A DNA stretch of 64,000 nt from an uncultured Candidatus Rokubacteria bacterium (GCA_963762145.1 CAVXJS010000014.1:192001-256000); one strand, 5' to 3'. Counted from the stretch's first letter, positions 1 to 10,957 are shown. A program made the numbers and translations. The notes: a model not told the origin generated them from the sequence alone.

Positions 1-142
1 GCAGCGCTTCGGTGCGGACGAAGCGGGTCAGCAGCTCGGTGAGATACCGCAGGGCGGGCGCATCGTCGATCGCCAGGTCACCGAAGGCCTGCCGGGTGAC
101 GCTCTCGAAGAAGCGGGGAAGCAGCCCGGTCGATCCGCTCAC
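1..142 (-). CDS. Hypothetical protein, 5' part only (runs off window start)
   Basis: GTG at 142-140 overlaps the TGA of the upstream gene (GTGA). Open frame MSGSTGLLPRFFESVTRQAFGDLAIDDAPALRYLTELLTRFVRTEAL reaches the window edge. Confidence 0.6.
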   Translation of the reverse strand, partial: MSGSTGLLPRFFESVTRQAFGDLAIDDAPALRYLTELLTRFVRTEAL

Positions 143-933
143 GGGCCGGCGCGCTTGAACTGGACGTTGCGGGGCAGGTTGCTCGGGCTGGTATAGGTTC
201 CGCGGAGCACGGCCCCCTCCCAGGTCAGGGAGAGCGAGACGGGGTAGATCGAGCTGCTCTGTCCGCTCGAGCGACCGATGAGCGAGACCTGCGCGCCGTT
301 GGCGGAGCCGGTGCCGGACGCCCGCGCGGTCGTGCGATCGGTCACCAGCTCCCAGTCCCATTCGAGCTGCGACCCGGTGCCCCTGATGTCGAGGACGGAC
401 CGGTCACTCCCGTTCCAGCGGCCGGCCAGGGAGGGGCGCCGCGGCCCCGGTGGTGGCGGCGGGGGCGGCGGGGGCGGGGGTGTGAGGGCGCCCGGCGTCA
501 CGCCATCCACCAGGCGCTTGCGCATCGTGGCGTACTCCGCCTCGGTGATCCGCCCGCGCGCCTTCAGGTCGTCGAGCTGGGCGAGCTGCTGCTCGAAGCT
601 CTGCCGCGGTGCCTGCATCGCCGCGACCTGCGCCGCCGCGTTGAACTCCTCGTTCCTCTCGATGCCGCGGTAGAAGCCGGGCGGCGGCGGCTCGTACTGC
701 TTGTCGCGCACATAGCCTCGGCTGTTCAGGCAGGCGCGATAGTAGTCCCGGGCGGCGTCGACGGAGGCGCTGCCGCGAGGCAGCGCGGCGACCGTTTGCT
801 GCACGCACGCCTGGTTGTCCTGCGAGAATTGCTCGGGCGAGGCGCCCGCCTTGGACCAGTAGAAGCGGGCACAGCCGGTCAGGGCGCCCGCCAGCAGGAG
901 CAGCAGGACCGGGCTGAGGAGGGCCTTCTTCAT
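139..933 (-). CDS. Putative lipoprotein with SHOCT domain and poly-proline linker
   Basis: ATG at 933 with GAGGAG RBS. Lipobox LTGC, SHOCT-like QLAQLDDLKARGRITEAEYATMRKRL, run of 11 Pro, C-terminal beta-rich domain. Confidence 0.75.
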   Translation of the reverse strand: MKKALLSPVLLLLLAGALTGCARFYWSKAGASPEQFSQDNQACVQQTVAALPRGSASVDAARDYYRACLNSRGYVRDKQYEPPPPGFYRGIERNEEFNAAAQVAAMQAPRQSFEQQLAQLDDLKARGRITEAEYATMRKRLVDGVTPGALTPPPPPPPPPPPGPRRPSLAGRWNGSDRSVLDIRGTGSQLEWDWELVTDRTTARASGTGSANGAQVSLIGRSSGQSSSIYPVSLSLTWEGAVLRGTYTSPSNLPRNVQFKRAGP

Positions 934-1022
934 CGTTGATCTCCTCGCAGGGACAATCGGTGATCGATCGATCATAGCGCAAACCTTTTGCTTCCTCGAA
1001 ACGGGGTGGTAGGCTTCCCGGC

Positions 1023-1328
1023 ATGAGGCCCGATGGGATGGCCCTCCCCGGAACCCCGACGACGACGGCACGGGTCGCCCGGCGCATCAAGCCCCGGCGG
1101 CCCTGGATGCTGATCGCCGCCTGCCTCCTGCTGGTGGGACTGAGCGTGACGCTCTGGGGGAAGTGGGTCGAGAACCGGGAGCGCGCCGACCGGCTGGCCG
1201 CCGAGCTCAAGAAGGTCTACGTCGAGGCCGAGAAGCTTCGCACCGAGGCCACCGTCGCCAAGCAGCGCATCACCCAGCTCGAGCGCCAGCTCCGCCGGCC
1301 AACGCGGGGCGCCCCCGACCCGCGCTAG
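1023..1328 (+). CDS. Small single-pass membrane protein with coiled coil
   Basis: One hydrophobic segment (WMLIAACLLLVGLSVTLW) then heptad-like helix. TAGGCT -10 box lies 7 nt upstream. Fills the gap between neighbouring genes. Confidence 0.65.
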   Translation: MRPDGMALPGTPTTTARVARRIKPRRPWMLIAACLLLVGLSVTLWGKWVENRERADRLAAELKKVYVEAEKLRTEATVAKQRITQLERQLRRPTRGAPDPR

Positions 1329-2434
1329 CCCCGACCGGCCGACCTGCCGATCGTCTTGTCCCATACCTCGAGCAGCCGCCGGTTCTGCTCCGCCGTCCCC
1401 ACCGCGATCCGGAGGTGCCCGGGGAAGCCCACGCTGGCGCCGTCGCGCACCAGGATGCCCGCCTGGAGCAGCGCGGCCCGCAGCGCCCCCGCGTCGTCGC
1501 CAACCCTGGCCAGCACGAAGTTCGCCTGCGAGGGGGGAGACGGCGCGCCGCGCTCGGTCAGCGCGGCCTGCAGCCGGGGCCGTTCCTCCAGGACCACGCG
1601 CCGCGTCCGCTCGAGGTGCTCGGGGTCGCCCAGCGCGGCTGCCGCCGCCACCTGGGCGAGCCGGTTGACGTTGTAAGGCGCGCGCACCCGGTTCAACCGT
1701 TCGATGTGCTCTGGCCGCGCGATGGCGTAGCCCACGCGCAGCCCCGCCAAGCCCGCGATCTTGGAGAAGGTCCGGAGCGAGATCAGGGTGGGATACCGCC
1801 GCTGGAGCACCACGCCGTCCGCGGTGTCGTCGTCGTCGCAGAAGTCGATGTAGGCCTCGTCGAGGATCACGAGCGGCGGGTCTCCGCCGAGGGCATCCAG
1901 GAAGCGCTCGAGCGGCCGGCGCCGCACGATGGTGGCGGCCGGATTGTGCGGGGTGCAGACGATCACGCATTTCGTCCGCGGCGTGACGCGGGCGAGCATG
2001 TCGTCGAGATCCTGCTCGTAGCCCTTCAGCGGGCTCTGCACGACGGTGGCGCCCGAGAGGGTCGCCTCGGTGCCGTAGGGCTCGAAGGCCGGGTGTGGGA
2101 TCACCACCTCGTCGCCGGGGTCGAGCGACGCGCGCGCCAGCATCGACAGGAGCTCGTCGGCGCCGTTGCCGAGCATGATGGACTCGGGCGCCGCGCCGAG
2201 GCGCTTGCCGAGCGCCTCCCGCACCTCCGTGGCGCCGCCATCCGGGTAGAGATGGGCGCGCGGGGCCTCTCGCCGGATCGCCTCGATCACCCGCGGTGAC
2301 GGACCGAGGGCGTTCTCGTTCGCGGACAGACGCAGGATGCTGTCCAGCCCGAGCTCTCGCGCCAGCGCCTCGAGGGATTTGCCGGCGTCGTACGGGGCCA
2401 CGCGATCGAGCGCATCACGCCAGAGCCGTCGCAT
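1325..2434 (-). CDS. hisC: Histidinol-phosphate aminotransferase
   Basis: LSANEN, YPD, GNGADE, PHNP, DEAY and RTFSKIAGLAGLRVGY (PLP lysine) motifs. True start MRRLW at 2434, inside the 972-aa track ORF. Confidence 0.93.
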   Translation of the reverse strand: MRRLWRDALDRVAPYDAGKSLEALARELGLDSILRLSANENALGPSPRVIEAIRREAPRAHLYPDGGATEVREALGKRLGAAPESIMLGNGADELLSMLARASLDPGDEVVIPHPAFEPYGTEATLSGATVVQSPLKGYEQDLDDMLARVTPRTKCVIVCTPHNPAATIVRRRPLERFLDALGGDPPLVILDEAYIDFCDDDDTADGVVLQRRYPTLISLRTFSKIAGLAGLRVGYAIARPEHIERLNRVRAPYNVNRLAQVAAAAALGDPEHLERTRRVVLEERPRLQAALTERGAPSPPSQANFVLARVGDDAGALRAALLQAGILVRDGASVGFPGHLRIAVGTAEQNRRLLEVWDKTIGRSAGRG

Positions 2435-2486
2435 AGGGCGCCCATTGTAACTACGATAGTCACTGCGATACAAGTTCGCGCCAAGT

Positions 2487-2515
2487 TTGACTTTCTTCCC
2501 GCTCCACGCTACCGT
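2487..2515 (+). promoter_or_regulatory. Sigma70-type promoter for glnD, probably leaderless
   Basis: TTGACT (2487-2492), 17 nt spacer, TACCGT (2510-2515), then 6 nt to the ATG at 2522. No SD sequence. Confidence 0.55.
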
Positions 2516-2521
2516 TTCGCC

Positions 2522-5230
2522 ATGTCTGCGGAACTGCTTCGACAGGTTCGCCGCGTCGAGGCACAGGCGGAGAGGGGATTCGACGGCAGCGTGGCCGAGC
2601 GCGCGGAGCGTCGGCGACGGCTGAGGCTCGAGGTGCTGCGCCAGCACCTCACCTCCAACGTGGATTTCCTCCGCGCGGCCCATCTCGGCGGCGCCTCCGG
2701 CCAGCAGTCGGTTGCCGCCTATGCCGGCTTCATGGACATCTTCCTGGGCACCCTCTACCGCCTGGCGGTGGACGACGCCAAGCGCGAGGGTCTGACGCCG
2801 AGCCCGCTGGTGCTGGTGGCGCTGGGCGGCTACGGCCGCGGAGAGCTGCATCCTCTCTCCGATCTCGACCTCATGCTGATCTACGACGGCGAGATGAGGC
2901 CCTACGTGCAGCGGGTGACCCAGGGCCTGCTCTACGCCCTCTGGGACCTGGGCCTGCAGGTCGGCCACGCGGTGCGCAGCCTGCCCGACTGCCTCGCGAT
3001 GGCGCGCACCGACTTTCCGAGCCGCACCTCGATGCAGCAGGCGCGCTTCCTGGTGGGCGACCGCCGCCTGTTCAACCGCTTCCGGAAAGTCCTGGCCGAG
3101 AACGTCTACCAGAAGGACTTCGGCCAGTTCCTCGAGACCACCCTGACCGAGCGCGATCAGCGCTATCGCAAGTTCGGCGGCTCCCCCTACATGGGCGAGC
3201 CCAACGTCAAGGAATCGGCGGGCGGGCTGCGCGACATCCACACCGCGATGTGGCTGGCCTCCACCAAGTTCGGCACCCGGACCCTGCGGGAGCTGGCCGA
3301 CAAGCGGCTGATCAACGAGCGCGAGCAGAAGACGACCGACGAGGCCCTCACCTTCCTGTGGCGGGTGCGGAACGAGCTGCACTTCCTCTCCGGGCACAAG
3401 AACGACGTGCTCTCGCGCGACATCCAGCCGCAGATCGCCAAGAACTTCGGCTACGCGGGCGACGAGCTGTCGCTGCCGGTCGAGAAGTTCATGCGCGACT
3501 ACTACCTCCACGCCCGCGTGATCCACCGCGTGTCGCGGCGGCTGATCGCCCGCTGCCGGGAGACCCTCTCGCGCCGCGCCTCGGTTCAGCGCCGCGCGCG
3601 CCAGGAGGCGCTCGCCGACGGCCTCATCGTGCTCGACGAGCAGCTCCACCTGGCCCAGCCCGACGGGCGGGCGTTCCGGGAGGATCCGGTACGCCTGATC
3701 AAGGTCTTCTGGCACAGCCACCATCTCGGCTTCGAGCTGGGCGTGGAGGTGGAGCGGGCCATCGAGGACTCGCTCGACCTGATCGACGACGCCTTCCGGG
3801 CCTCGGCGGAGGTGCGCGACCTCTTCCTCGGGATCTGCCGGAGCTGGGGGCGGACCGCGCAGACGCTCCGGGAGATGCACGAGCTCGGCGTGCTCGGCCG
3901 CTACATGCCCGAGTGGGGCGCGCTGACCTGCCTCGTGCAGTATGACGTCTACCACAAGTTCACCGCCGACCAGCACTCGCTGATCGCGGTGCAGAACCTG
4001 GAGGCGCTCGCCCCGGGCCAGTCGCCGGACTCCGAGGGCAATGCGCAGGTGGTGAGCGAGCTGGAGCGCCCGGGCCTGCTGATGCTGGGCATGCTGCTGC
4101 ACGACATCGGCAAGGGCAAGGGGCACGGCCACGTCGCCAAGGGCATCCCGTTGATCGAGGCGCTCGCCGCGCGGATCGGCCTGCCCCCCGAGGACGCCGA
4201 CAAGGTGGTGTTCCTGGTGGCCCACCACCTCACCATGTCGCACATCGCCCAGCGCCGGGACATCGACGACCCGAAGACGATCGAGACCCTCGCGGAGATC
4301 TGTCAGACGCCCGAGCGCCTGCGCATGCTCTACCTGCTCACCTGTGCCGACATGCGCGCGGTGGGCCCCGGCGTCATGACCGGCTGGCAGGCCCAGATCC
4401 TCTGGGATCTCTACGCGCGCGTGCTCGCGCGCCTCACAGGCGGCCAGCGCGAGCGGCCCTCACGCGAGGGGGTGGCGCAGCGGGTGACCGAGGCCATGCG
4501 CGGCGACGTGGCCCGCACCGCGGTGGCCGCGCACCTGGCCCTGCTGTCCGAGCGCTATCTCACCACCACGTCGCCTCAGCGCATCGCCGCGCACCTGCGG
4601 CTGCTCGACCGGCTCGCGGACGGCGGCGTGCTCGCCACCGAGCTCTTCCACCATCCCGACCTGGGCTCCTCCGAGCTGGTCGTCGCCACCCAGGACGTGG
4701 CCGGCCTCTTCTCGCTCATCGCGGGCACGCTCGCCTCCCAGGGGATCAACATCCTCTCCGCCCAGATCCACACCCGCGCCGACGGCATCGTGCTGGACAC
4801 TTTCCAGGTGAACGATCCCTTCGGCGAGGCGGTCACCGAGGAGGCGCGCTGGCGGCGCACCCTCGAGGCGCTGCGACGCGTGCGGCGCGGCGAGACCAGC
4901 GTGGAGGATCTCCTCGCGCGGCGCCGGGCGGTGCACCCGAGCGGCGAGAGCGTGGCCGGGCCGCCCAAGATCTCGGTGGACAACCAGATCTCGGACAGCC
5001 GGACGGTGGTGGAGGTGAAGTGCCCCGACCGGGTCGGACTGCTCTACGTGATCACCCGCACGCTGTCCGCGCACGGGCTCGACATCGCGAGCGCGCGGAT
5101 CGCCACCGAGATCGATCAGGCCTACGACACCTTCTACGTGACCGACCGGCAGGGCCGTCGCCTCGAGGACGAGGCGGCGATGGCCCGCGTTCGCGAGAGC
5201 CTGGAAGACGCCTTGCTCAAGCCACTCTAG
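2522..5230 (+). CDS. glnD: [Protein-PII] uridylyltransferase/uridylyl-removing enzyme
   Basis: ALGGYGRGELHPLSDLDL nucleotidyltransferase motif, EPNVKESAGGLRD, HD domain (LLHDIGKG), two C-terminal ACT domains. Confidence 0.95.
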   Translation: MSAELLRQVRRVEAQAERGFDGSVAERAERRRRLRLEVLRQHLTSNVDFLRAAHLGGASGQQSVAAYAGFMDIFLGTLYRLAVDDAKREGLTPSPLVLVALGGYGRGELHPLSDLDLMLIYDGEMRPYVQRVTQGLLYALWDLGLQVGHAVRSLPDCLAMARTDFPSRTSMQQARFLVGDRRLFNRFRKVLAENVYQKDFGQFLETTLTERDQRYRKFGGSPYMGEPNVKESAGGLRDIHTAMWLASTKFGTRTLRELADKRLINEREQKTTDEALTFLWRVRNELHFLSGHKNDVLSRDIQPQIAKNFGYAGDELSLPVEKFMRDYYLHARVIHRVSRRLIARCRETLSRRASVQRRARQEALADGLIVLDEQLHLAQPDGRAFREDPVRLIKVFWHSHHLGFELGVEVERAIEDSLDLIDDAFRASAEVRDLFLGICRSWGRTAQTLREMHELGVLGRYMPEWGALTCLVQYDVYHKFTADQHSLIAVQNLEALAPGQSPDSEGNAQVVSELERPGLLMLGMLLHDIGKGKGHGHVAKGIPLIEALAARIGLPPEDADKVVFLVAHHLTMSHIAQRRDIDDPKTIETLAEICQTPERLRMLYLLTCADMRAVGPGVMTGWQAQILWDLYARVLARLTGGQRERPSREGVAQRVTEAMRGDVARTAVAAHLALLSERYLTTTSPQRIAAHLRLLDRLADGGVLATELFHHPDLGSSELVVATQDVAGLFSLIAGTLASQGINILSAQIHTRADGIVLDTFQVNDPFGEAVTEEARWRRTLEALRRVRRGETSVEDLLARRRAVHPSGESVAGPPKISVDNQISDSRTVVEVKCPDRVGLLYVITRTLSAHGLDIASARIATEIDQAYDTFYVTDRQGRRLEDEAAMARVRESLEDALLKPL

Positions 5231-5824
5231 ATGCTGCGCCACTACAAGGCCGCGCTGACCCGGCTGGGCGATCCGCTCGCGCGCGCCCTGCTCCGGGCGC
5301 GCGTCCGGCCGAATCACCTCACCATGGTCGGGCTCGTGGTCAGCATCCTGGCCGCCTGGGCCCTTTCCCAGGGGCAGCTGCGGATCGGCGCGGTGCTGCT
5401 GGCCCTGGCCGGGCTCTTCGACTTCTTCGACGGCTCGCTCGCGAGGCTCGCCAACAGCGTGAGTACGTTCGGGGCCTTCCTCGACTCGGTGGCCGACCGC
5501 TATTCCGACCTGGTGGTGCTGCTGGGGGTGGTGCTCTATTACCATCGCGCGATCGACACCACCGGCGTCTTCCTCACCATGGTCGCCCTCGTCGGCACGA
5601 TCATGACCAGCTACACCAAGGCCCGCGCCCAGTCGATCGGCGTGGCCTGTGACATCGGGCTGATCGAGCGTCCCGAGCGGCTCATCGTGCTCATCGCGGG
5701 CGCGACGTTCAACGTGCTCACCCCGGCCATGATCGCGCTCGCCGTGCTCACCAACGTGACCGCGCTCCAGCGCATCCTCTACATGCGGCGCGCGGCGGCC
5801 ATCCGGGAGCGGATCCTCCACTGA
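5231..5824 (+). CDS. CDP-alcohol phosphatidyltransferase (PgsA/PIP-synthase-like)
   Basis: PNHLT and DFFDGSLAR...GAFLDSVADRYSD signature, SYTKARA, GLIERPER. Abuts the glnD stop. Confidence 0.9.
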   Translation: MLRHYKAALTRLGDPLARALLRARVRPNHLTMVGLVVSILAAWALSQGQLRIGAVLLALAGLFDFFDGSLARLANSVSTFGAFLDSVADRYSDLVVLLGVVLYYHRAIDTTGVFLTMVALVGTIMTSYTKARAQSIGVACDIGLIERPERLIVLIAGATFNVLTPAMIALAVLTNVTALQRILYMRRAAAIRERILH

Positions 5825-5868
5825 CCGGCGAGCGCGGGCGGGCGGGGGCGGCTGGTACACTGGCAAGC

Positions 5869-7944
5869 ATGAGGCGGCTGACCGCGGCGGCGTGTCTGAT
5901 GTCCGTGGTGCTGGTGGGAGCCGCGCCGGCGGGTCTTTCCCCGGACCTGCGGGAGCGATTCGCGGCCGGACTCGCCGCGCAGAAGGCGGGCGACTGGGCG
6001 GTCGCGGGCAAGGAGTTCGCCGATCCCGGGTGGGCCGGAACCGTCCTCGAAGACTACGCGCTGCTCTTCCAGGCCGAGGCGCAGCTTCGCCAGGGCGACG
6101 TGGTTGCGGCGCGGGCGCTGGCCTCCAAGGCCACCGATCGCACGCCCGAGAGCCTCACGCCCTCCGCCCTGATCCGCGCGGCCGCCGTGCGGCGGGAGGC
6201 GGGGGATCCGACCGGCGCGGTGACGGTCCTCCAGCGCGTGCTCGCCCGCCTGACCGACGCGACGGACGCGGCGCGGGCGCGCTACGCGCTGGGCGAGGCG
6301 CAGCTCGCCGCGGGTGACCAGAAGGAAGCCGCGCGCGTGTTCCAGGCGCTGTGGCTGCAGGCGCCCGCCACCTTCGGGGACGCGGCGGAGCGCCGGCTCA
6401 AGGCGCTGGCGGATACCGGTCTGACGCCGCCCCCGCCGAGCGCGGCGGAGCGGGCCGCGCGCGCGGAGCGGCTGCTCGCCTCCGGGCTGATCGAGCGGGC
6501 CCGCCTGGAAGCCGAGGCCCTGGTCGCCGAGAAGCCGCCGACCGAGCCGCTCGAGCGCGCCCTTCGGGTGCTGATGAACGCCTCGCGCCGGCTGGGCCGC
6601 GACGATGCCGCGCTGGCCGCCGCCAACGCCGGCCTGGCCGCCGCGCCGGCCGAGCGCCGCGCGGGGTGGCTGCTCGATCTGGCCCGGCTCCGGCAGCGCC
6701 GGGACCGCGAGGCCGCGCTCAGCACGCTGGATCGGCTGGTGCGCGAGTATCCCAAGAGCAACGACGCGCCGGACGCCCTCCTGATGAAGGCCGAGCTGCT
6801 CGAGGCCGCCGCCCGGTCCGCCGAGGCCGAGAAGACCTACGTGAAGCTGGCCGCCGATTACCCGGACGAGGACGAGGCGGCCAGCGCGCTCTGGCGCCTC
6901 GGCTGGATCGCGTGGTTCCGAGGCAATCACACGGACGCGACCACGCGATGGTCGCGCCTGCAGGGCGCGCGCGGCGGGCAGGCGTTGCGGGAGTCGGCCA
7001 CCTACTGGGTCGGCCGGGCCTGGGAGCGGCGCGGTGATCGCGACCAGGCGGCCCGTCAGTTCGCGCAGCTCCTGCGGGATTCGCCGCGCACCTACTACGG
7101 CCTGCTCGCGGCCAAGCGCGCGCCCGCCCCGCGGGGCGCCGCCGAGGGCGAGACGAGCGCAGCGGCCAAGGCCGCGCCCGCCTCGAGCGCGGCGGCCTTC
7201 GTGTTTCCGGCGGATCCCGGCGAGGCGCTGCAGGGCGATCCGCGCTTCGACCGCGCGGTCGCGCTGCGCGAGGTGGGGCTGCGCGAATACGCGGACGAGG
7301 AGCTGGACGAGCTGACCCGCCGCTCGGCGGGCGAGCCCCGGCGGCTCTACGGGCTCTCCGCCGCGTACGTCGCGGACGAGCGGTACCACATGGCCCTGCG
7401 CATCCTGCGCCGGAGCTTCCAGGGCTCCGCGCGCAGCGGCGGGACGCCGCCGCGCGAGTTCTGGGAGATGTTCTATCCGCTCGGCTGGCGCGACGCCCTC
7501 ACCGCGGCGGCGGGCCGTGCCTCGGTCGATCCGCTCCTGGTCGCGGCGGTGGTGCGCGAGGAGTCGTCGTTCTATCCGCTGGCGCGCTCGCGCGTGGGCG
7601 CCCGCGGGCTCATGCAGCTCATGCCCGACACCGGCCGGGCGGTGGCGCAGGCCCGCCAGATCCCGTTCCCCGACGCGGAGGTGCTCGATCAGCCGGTGAC
7701 CAATATCGAGATCGGCACGATCTTCTTCGGCGGCCTCCTGCGCGAGTTCGGCGACGCGCGGCTCGCCGCCGCCGCGTACAACGCGGGGCCCACGCGTGTG
7801 CGCGAATGGTGGACGAACCGGAAGACGGACGACCTGGAGGTCTGGGTCGAGCAGATTCCCTACAACGAGACGCGCGCGTTCGTGAAGCGCGTCATGCTCT
7901 CGTGGCAGGAGTATCAGCGGGTGTACGGCGAGAAGCAGTCCTGA
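5869..7944 (+). CDS. Soluble lytic murein transglycosylase with TPR repeats
   Basis: Signal peptide, TPR-like helices, SLT motifs REES, GARGLMQLMP, AAYNAGP, IPYNETRAFV. Confidence 0.92.
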   Translation: MRRLTAAACLMSVVLVGAAPAGLSPDLRERFAAGLAAQKAGDWAVAGKEFADPGWAGTVLEDYALLFQAEAQLRQGDVVAARALASKATDRTPESLTPSALIRAAAVRREAGDPTGAVTVLQRVLARLTDATDAARARYALGEAQLAAGDQKEAARVFQALWLQAPATFGDAAERRLKALADTGLTPPPPSAAERAARAERLLASGLIERARLEAEALVAEKPPTEPLERALRVLMNASRRLGRDDAALAAANAGLAAAPAERRAGWLLDLARLRQRRDREAALSTLDRLVREYPKSNDAPDALLMKAELLEAAARSAEAEKTYVKLAADYPDEDEAASALWRLGWIAWFRGNHTDATTRWSRLQGARGGQALRESATYWVGRAWERRGDRDQAARQFAQLLRDSPRTYYGLLAAKRAPAPRGAAEGETSAAAKAAPASSAAAFVFPADPGEALQGDPRFDRAVALREVGLREYADEELDELTRRSAGEPRRLYGLSAAYVADERYHMALRILRRSFQGSARSGGTPPREFWEMFYPLGWRDALTAAAGRASVDPLLVAAVVREESSFYPLARSRVGARGLMQLMPDTGRAVAQARQIPFPDAEVLDQPVTNIEIGTIFFGGLLREFGDARLAAAAYNAGPTRVREWWTNRKTDDLEVWVEQIPYNETRAFVKRVMLSWQEYQRVYGEKQS

Positions 7945-8417
7945 TGAGCCCGCGCCCGGCCCCCCTCTGGCGGCTCGCCGCCGCCGCGGTGGCCGACGCG
8001 CTCCTCGGCGTGATCGCCTGGAGCCTCGCCGCCATGTGGCTGCTCGTCGCGGTCTTCGTGGTTCGCACCCGGCCCCTCGACGCGCTCGACGGTCTCATCC
8101 TGGTCCTGGCGATCCTGGGGCTCGGCGTGGTGCTCCACGTGATCTATCACACCGTGCTGGTCGGCGGCTGCGGGCAGACGGTCGGGAAGATGCTGATGGG
8201 CGTCGCGGTCGTGCGCCGGGACGGCGCCCCCGCGGGCTACGGGCGGGCGCTGCTGCGGTGCGTGGGCGGCGGGCTCTGCCTGCTCACGCTCGGGCTCGGG
8301 CGGGTGTTCGTGCTGTTCACGCGCGACCGGCGCGCGCTGTCCGACTTCGTGGCCGGGACCCGGCCGATCGCCACCCCTCACCCTGCCCTCTCCCCTGAGG
8401 GGAGAGGGAGGTACTAG
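7944..8417 (+). CDS. RDD family membrane protein
   Basis: WRLAAAAVAD, GQTVGKMLMGVAVV, RALLR, DRRALSDFVAGT. ATG overlaps the upstream TGA. C-terminus is encoded by a repeat. Confidence 0.85.
   Translation: MSPRPAPLWRLAAAAVADALLGVIAWSLAAMWLLVAVFVVRTRPLDALDGLILVLAILGLGVVLHVIYHTVLVGGCGQTVGKMLMGVAVVRRDGAPAGYGRALLRCVGGGLCLLTLGLGRVFVLFTRDRRALSDFVAGTRPIATPHPALSPEGRGRY
8374..8408. repeat. BoxC/REP-like palindromic repeat, copy 1
   Basis: CCCCTCACCCTGCCCTCTCCCCTGAGGGGAGAGGG. 8371-8408 is identical to 47371-47408. Confidence 0.85.
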
Positions 8418-9118
8418 CGCGGGGGCTTGGCCCGCGCGACGGGACTGGCCGCCGGCCTCGGCGCCGGCTTGGCCGGGGCCTCCAGCGGGGTGAGCGCGGC
8501 CAGCCGGTCGTCGAGCGTGGGATGCGTGGCCAGCAAGCCCTCGAGCCCTTCCTTCTCCCGGGGCGTGTGGTTGGCGATGGTCTCCAGGGCAGTGGCCAGC
8601 GTCCGGCGCGGCGCCGGCTGGCCCATCGCGCGCAGGATCTCGACGGCCTTCTGGTCGGCTTTCAGCTCCTGCTGACGGCCGAAGGCCCGCACCACCAGCG
8701 GGTTGACCACGAAGTCGAGCAGCCCGGCGCCCGGCACGAAGAGGCCGAGCGCGCCGAAGCTGGCGGTGAGCGACAGCGAGAGCTTGCGCCGGGTGCCCAC
8801 GTGGCCCATCACCTCGTGCGCGACCTCGTGCGCCACCACCGCCTCGACGACCGGGTCCGGCTGGCGCATGAGCCCGTCGGTGAAGTAGAACGTGGCGTCC
8901 TCGTCACTGTAGGCGGCCACGGTGGGGCTCTTGATGAACGCGAAGCCGTACCGCTGCGGGTCGTCGCCCGCCGCGACAGCGGCGCGGTAGAGGATGTGCG
9001 ATACGCGGCCGGTCGCGGGCTGGGCGGGCGAGGCATAGTAGGCCCCCTCGGGCGTGCTCGCGCAGGCCACGAGCAAGAGGGTTGCCGCGAGCGCCGTTAC
9101 GCTACCCCGGATCCCCAT
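8414..9118 (-). CDS. M48 family zinc metallopeptidase, lipoprotein
   Basis: Lipobox LVAC, HEVAH zinc motif, QELKAD, THP motif. Start at 9118 or 9133. Confidence 0.85.
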   Translation of the reverse strand: MGIRGSVTALAATLLLVACASTPEGAYYASPAQPATGRVSHILYRAAVAAGDDPQRYGFAFIKSPTVAAYSDEDATFYFTDGLMRQPDPVVEAVVAHEVAHEVMGHVGTRRKLSLSLTASFGALGLFVPGAGLLDFVVNPLVVRAFGRQQELKADQKAVEILRAMGQPAPRRTLATALETIANHTPREKEGLEGLLATHPTLDDRLAALTPLEAPAKPAPRPAASPVARAKPPR

Positions 9119-9306
9119 GGTCTGAGCCCTCATCTTAGGAGGGGGCGCGCTCCGTGCCCGTGGAAATAAGGGTGGCGGGCGGGGTGCCACCGATGGGGGA
9201 TCGACGCGACGGGAGCCGCACCCGGTGGGGGCGAAGGGTTCACACCGTCGTGACATCCGCCGGGTGCCGCGCTGTTACACTCGACGGCACGGGAGGACGG
9301 GCAGAC

Positions 9307-10271
<965 letters not shown>

Positions 10272-10272
<1 letters not shown>

Positions 10273-10913
10273 TGACCCGGCGCGGCCGCGTCGCGCTCAA
10301 GGTCGCGGTGTGGGCCGCCTGCCTCGCGCCGCTCGCGTGGCTCCTGTATCGAGCGGCCGCCGACGATCTGACCGCGAATCCGATCAGCTTCATCACCAAC
10401 TGGCTGGGCGACTGGACGCTGCGCATCCTGCTCGCGAGCCTGGCCATGACGCCGCTGCGGCTGCTGTTCCGGTGGTCCTGGCCCGTGACACTGCGGCGGC
10501 TGCTCGGTCTCTTCGCCTTCTTCTACGTCTTGCTGCACTTCTCGGTCTGGCTCGTGCTCGACCACTTCTTCGCGTGGGGCCAGATGGGGAGCGATATCGT
10601 GAAGCGGCCGTACATCACGGTGGGCATGGCCGCGCTGGTGCTGATGATCCCCCTGGTCGCCACCTCCACCGCCGGGGCCATCCGGCGCCTCGGGGGGACG
10701 CGCTGGCAATGGCTGCACCGGCTGGTCTACGTGATCGGCCTCTGCGCGGTGCTGCATTACCTCTGGCTTGCCAAGAAGGCCAATCCCGACCCCTATTACT
10801 ACGCGGCGGCGTTCGCCCTGCTGATGGCGATCCGCGCCTGGGACTGGCTCCGCCGCGCGCTGCGGGCGGGCCCCTCACCCCGGCCTTCTCCCCAGCGGGG
10901 AGAGGGAGCCTAG
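10272..10913 (+). CDS. msrQ: Protein-methionine-sulfoxide reductase heme-binding subunit
   Basis: GTG overlaps the msrP stop. ANPI, RRLLGLFAFFY..LH, KRPYITVG, WQWLHRLVY motifs. Confidence 0.93.
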
Positions 10914-10957
10914 AGAACACAAAACCCTCTCCCCGCTGGGGAGAGGGCGCAGTGTGA
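10871..10957. repeat. BoxC/REP-like repeat, copy 2 (two hairpin units)
   Basis: CCCCTCACCCCGGCCTTCTCCCCAGCGGGGAGAGGG followed by CCCTCTCCCCGCTGGGGAGAGGGCGCAGTGTGA. Confidence 0.8.

Noticed and set aside
1325-4243. 972-aa minus-strand ORF suggesting a large HisC fusion
   Set aside because: The N-terminal 600 aa is the antisense shadow of glnD. HisC motifs start at 2434, after a -10 box.
9218-9268. Stem GCACCCGGTGG...CCGCCGGGTGC upstream of msrP as a Moco riboswitch
   Set aside because: It lies upstream of the likely -10 box (TACACT near 9276), and I cannot match it to the Moco motif by eye. An Rfam scan would settle it.
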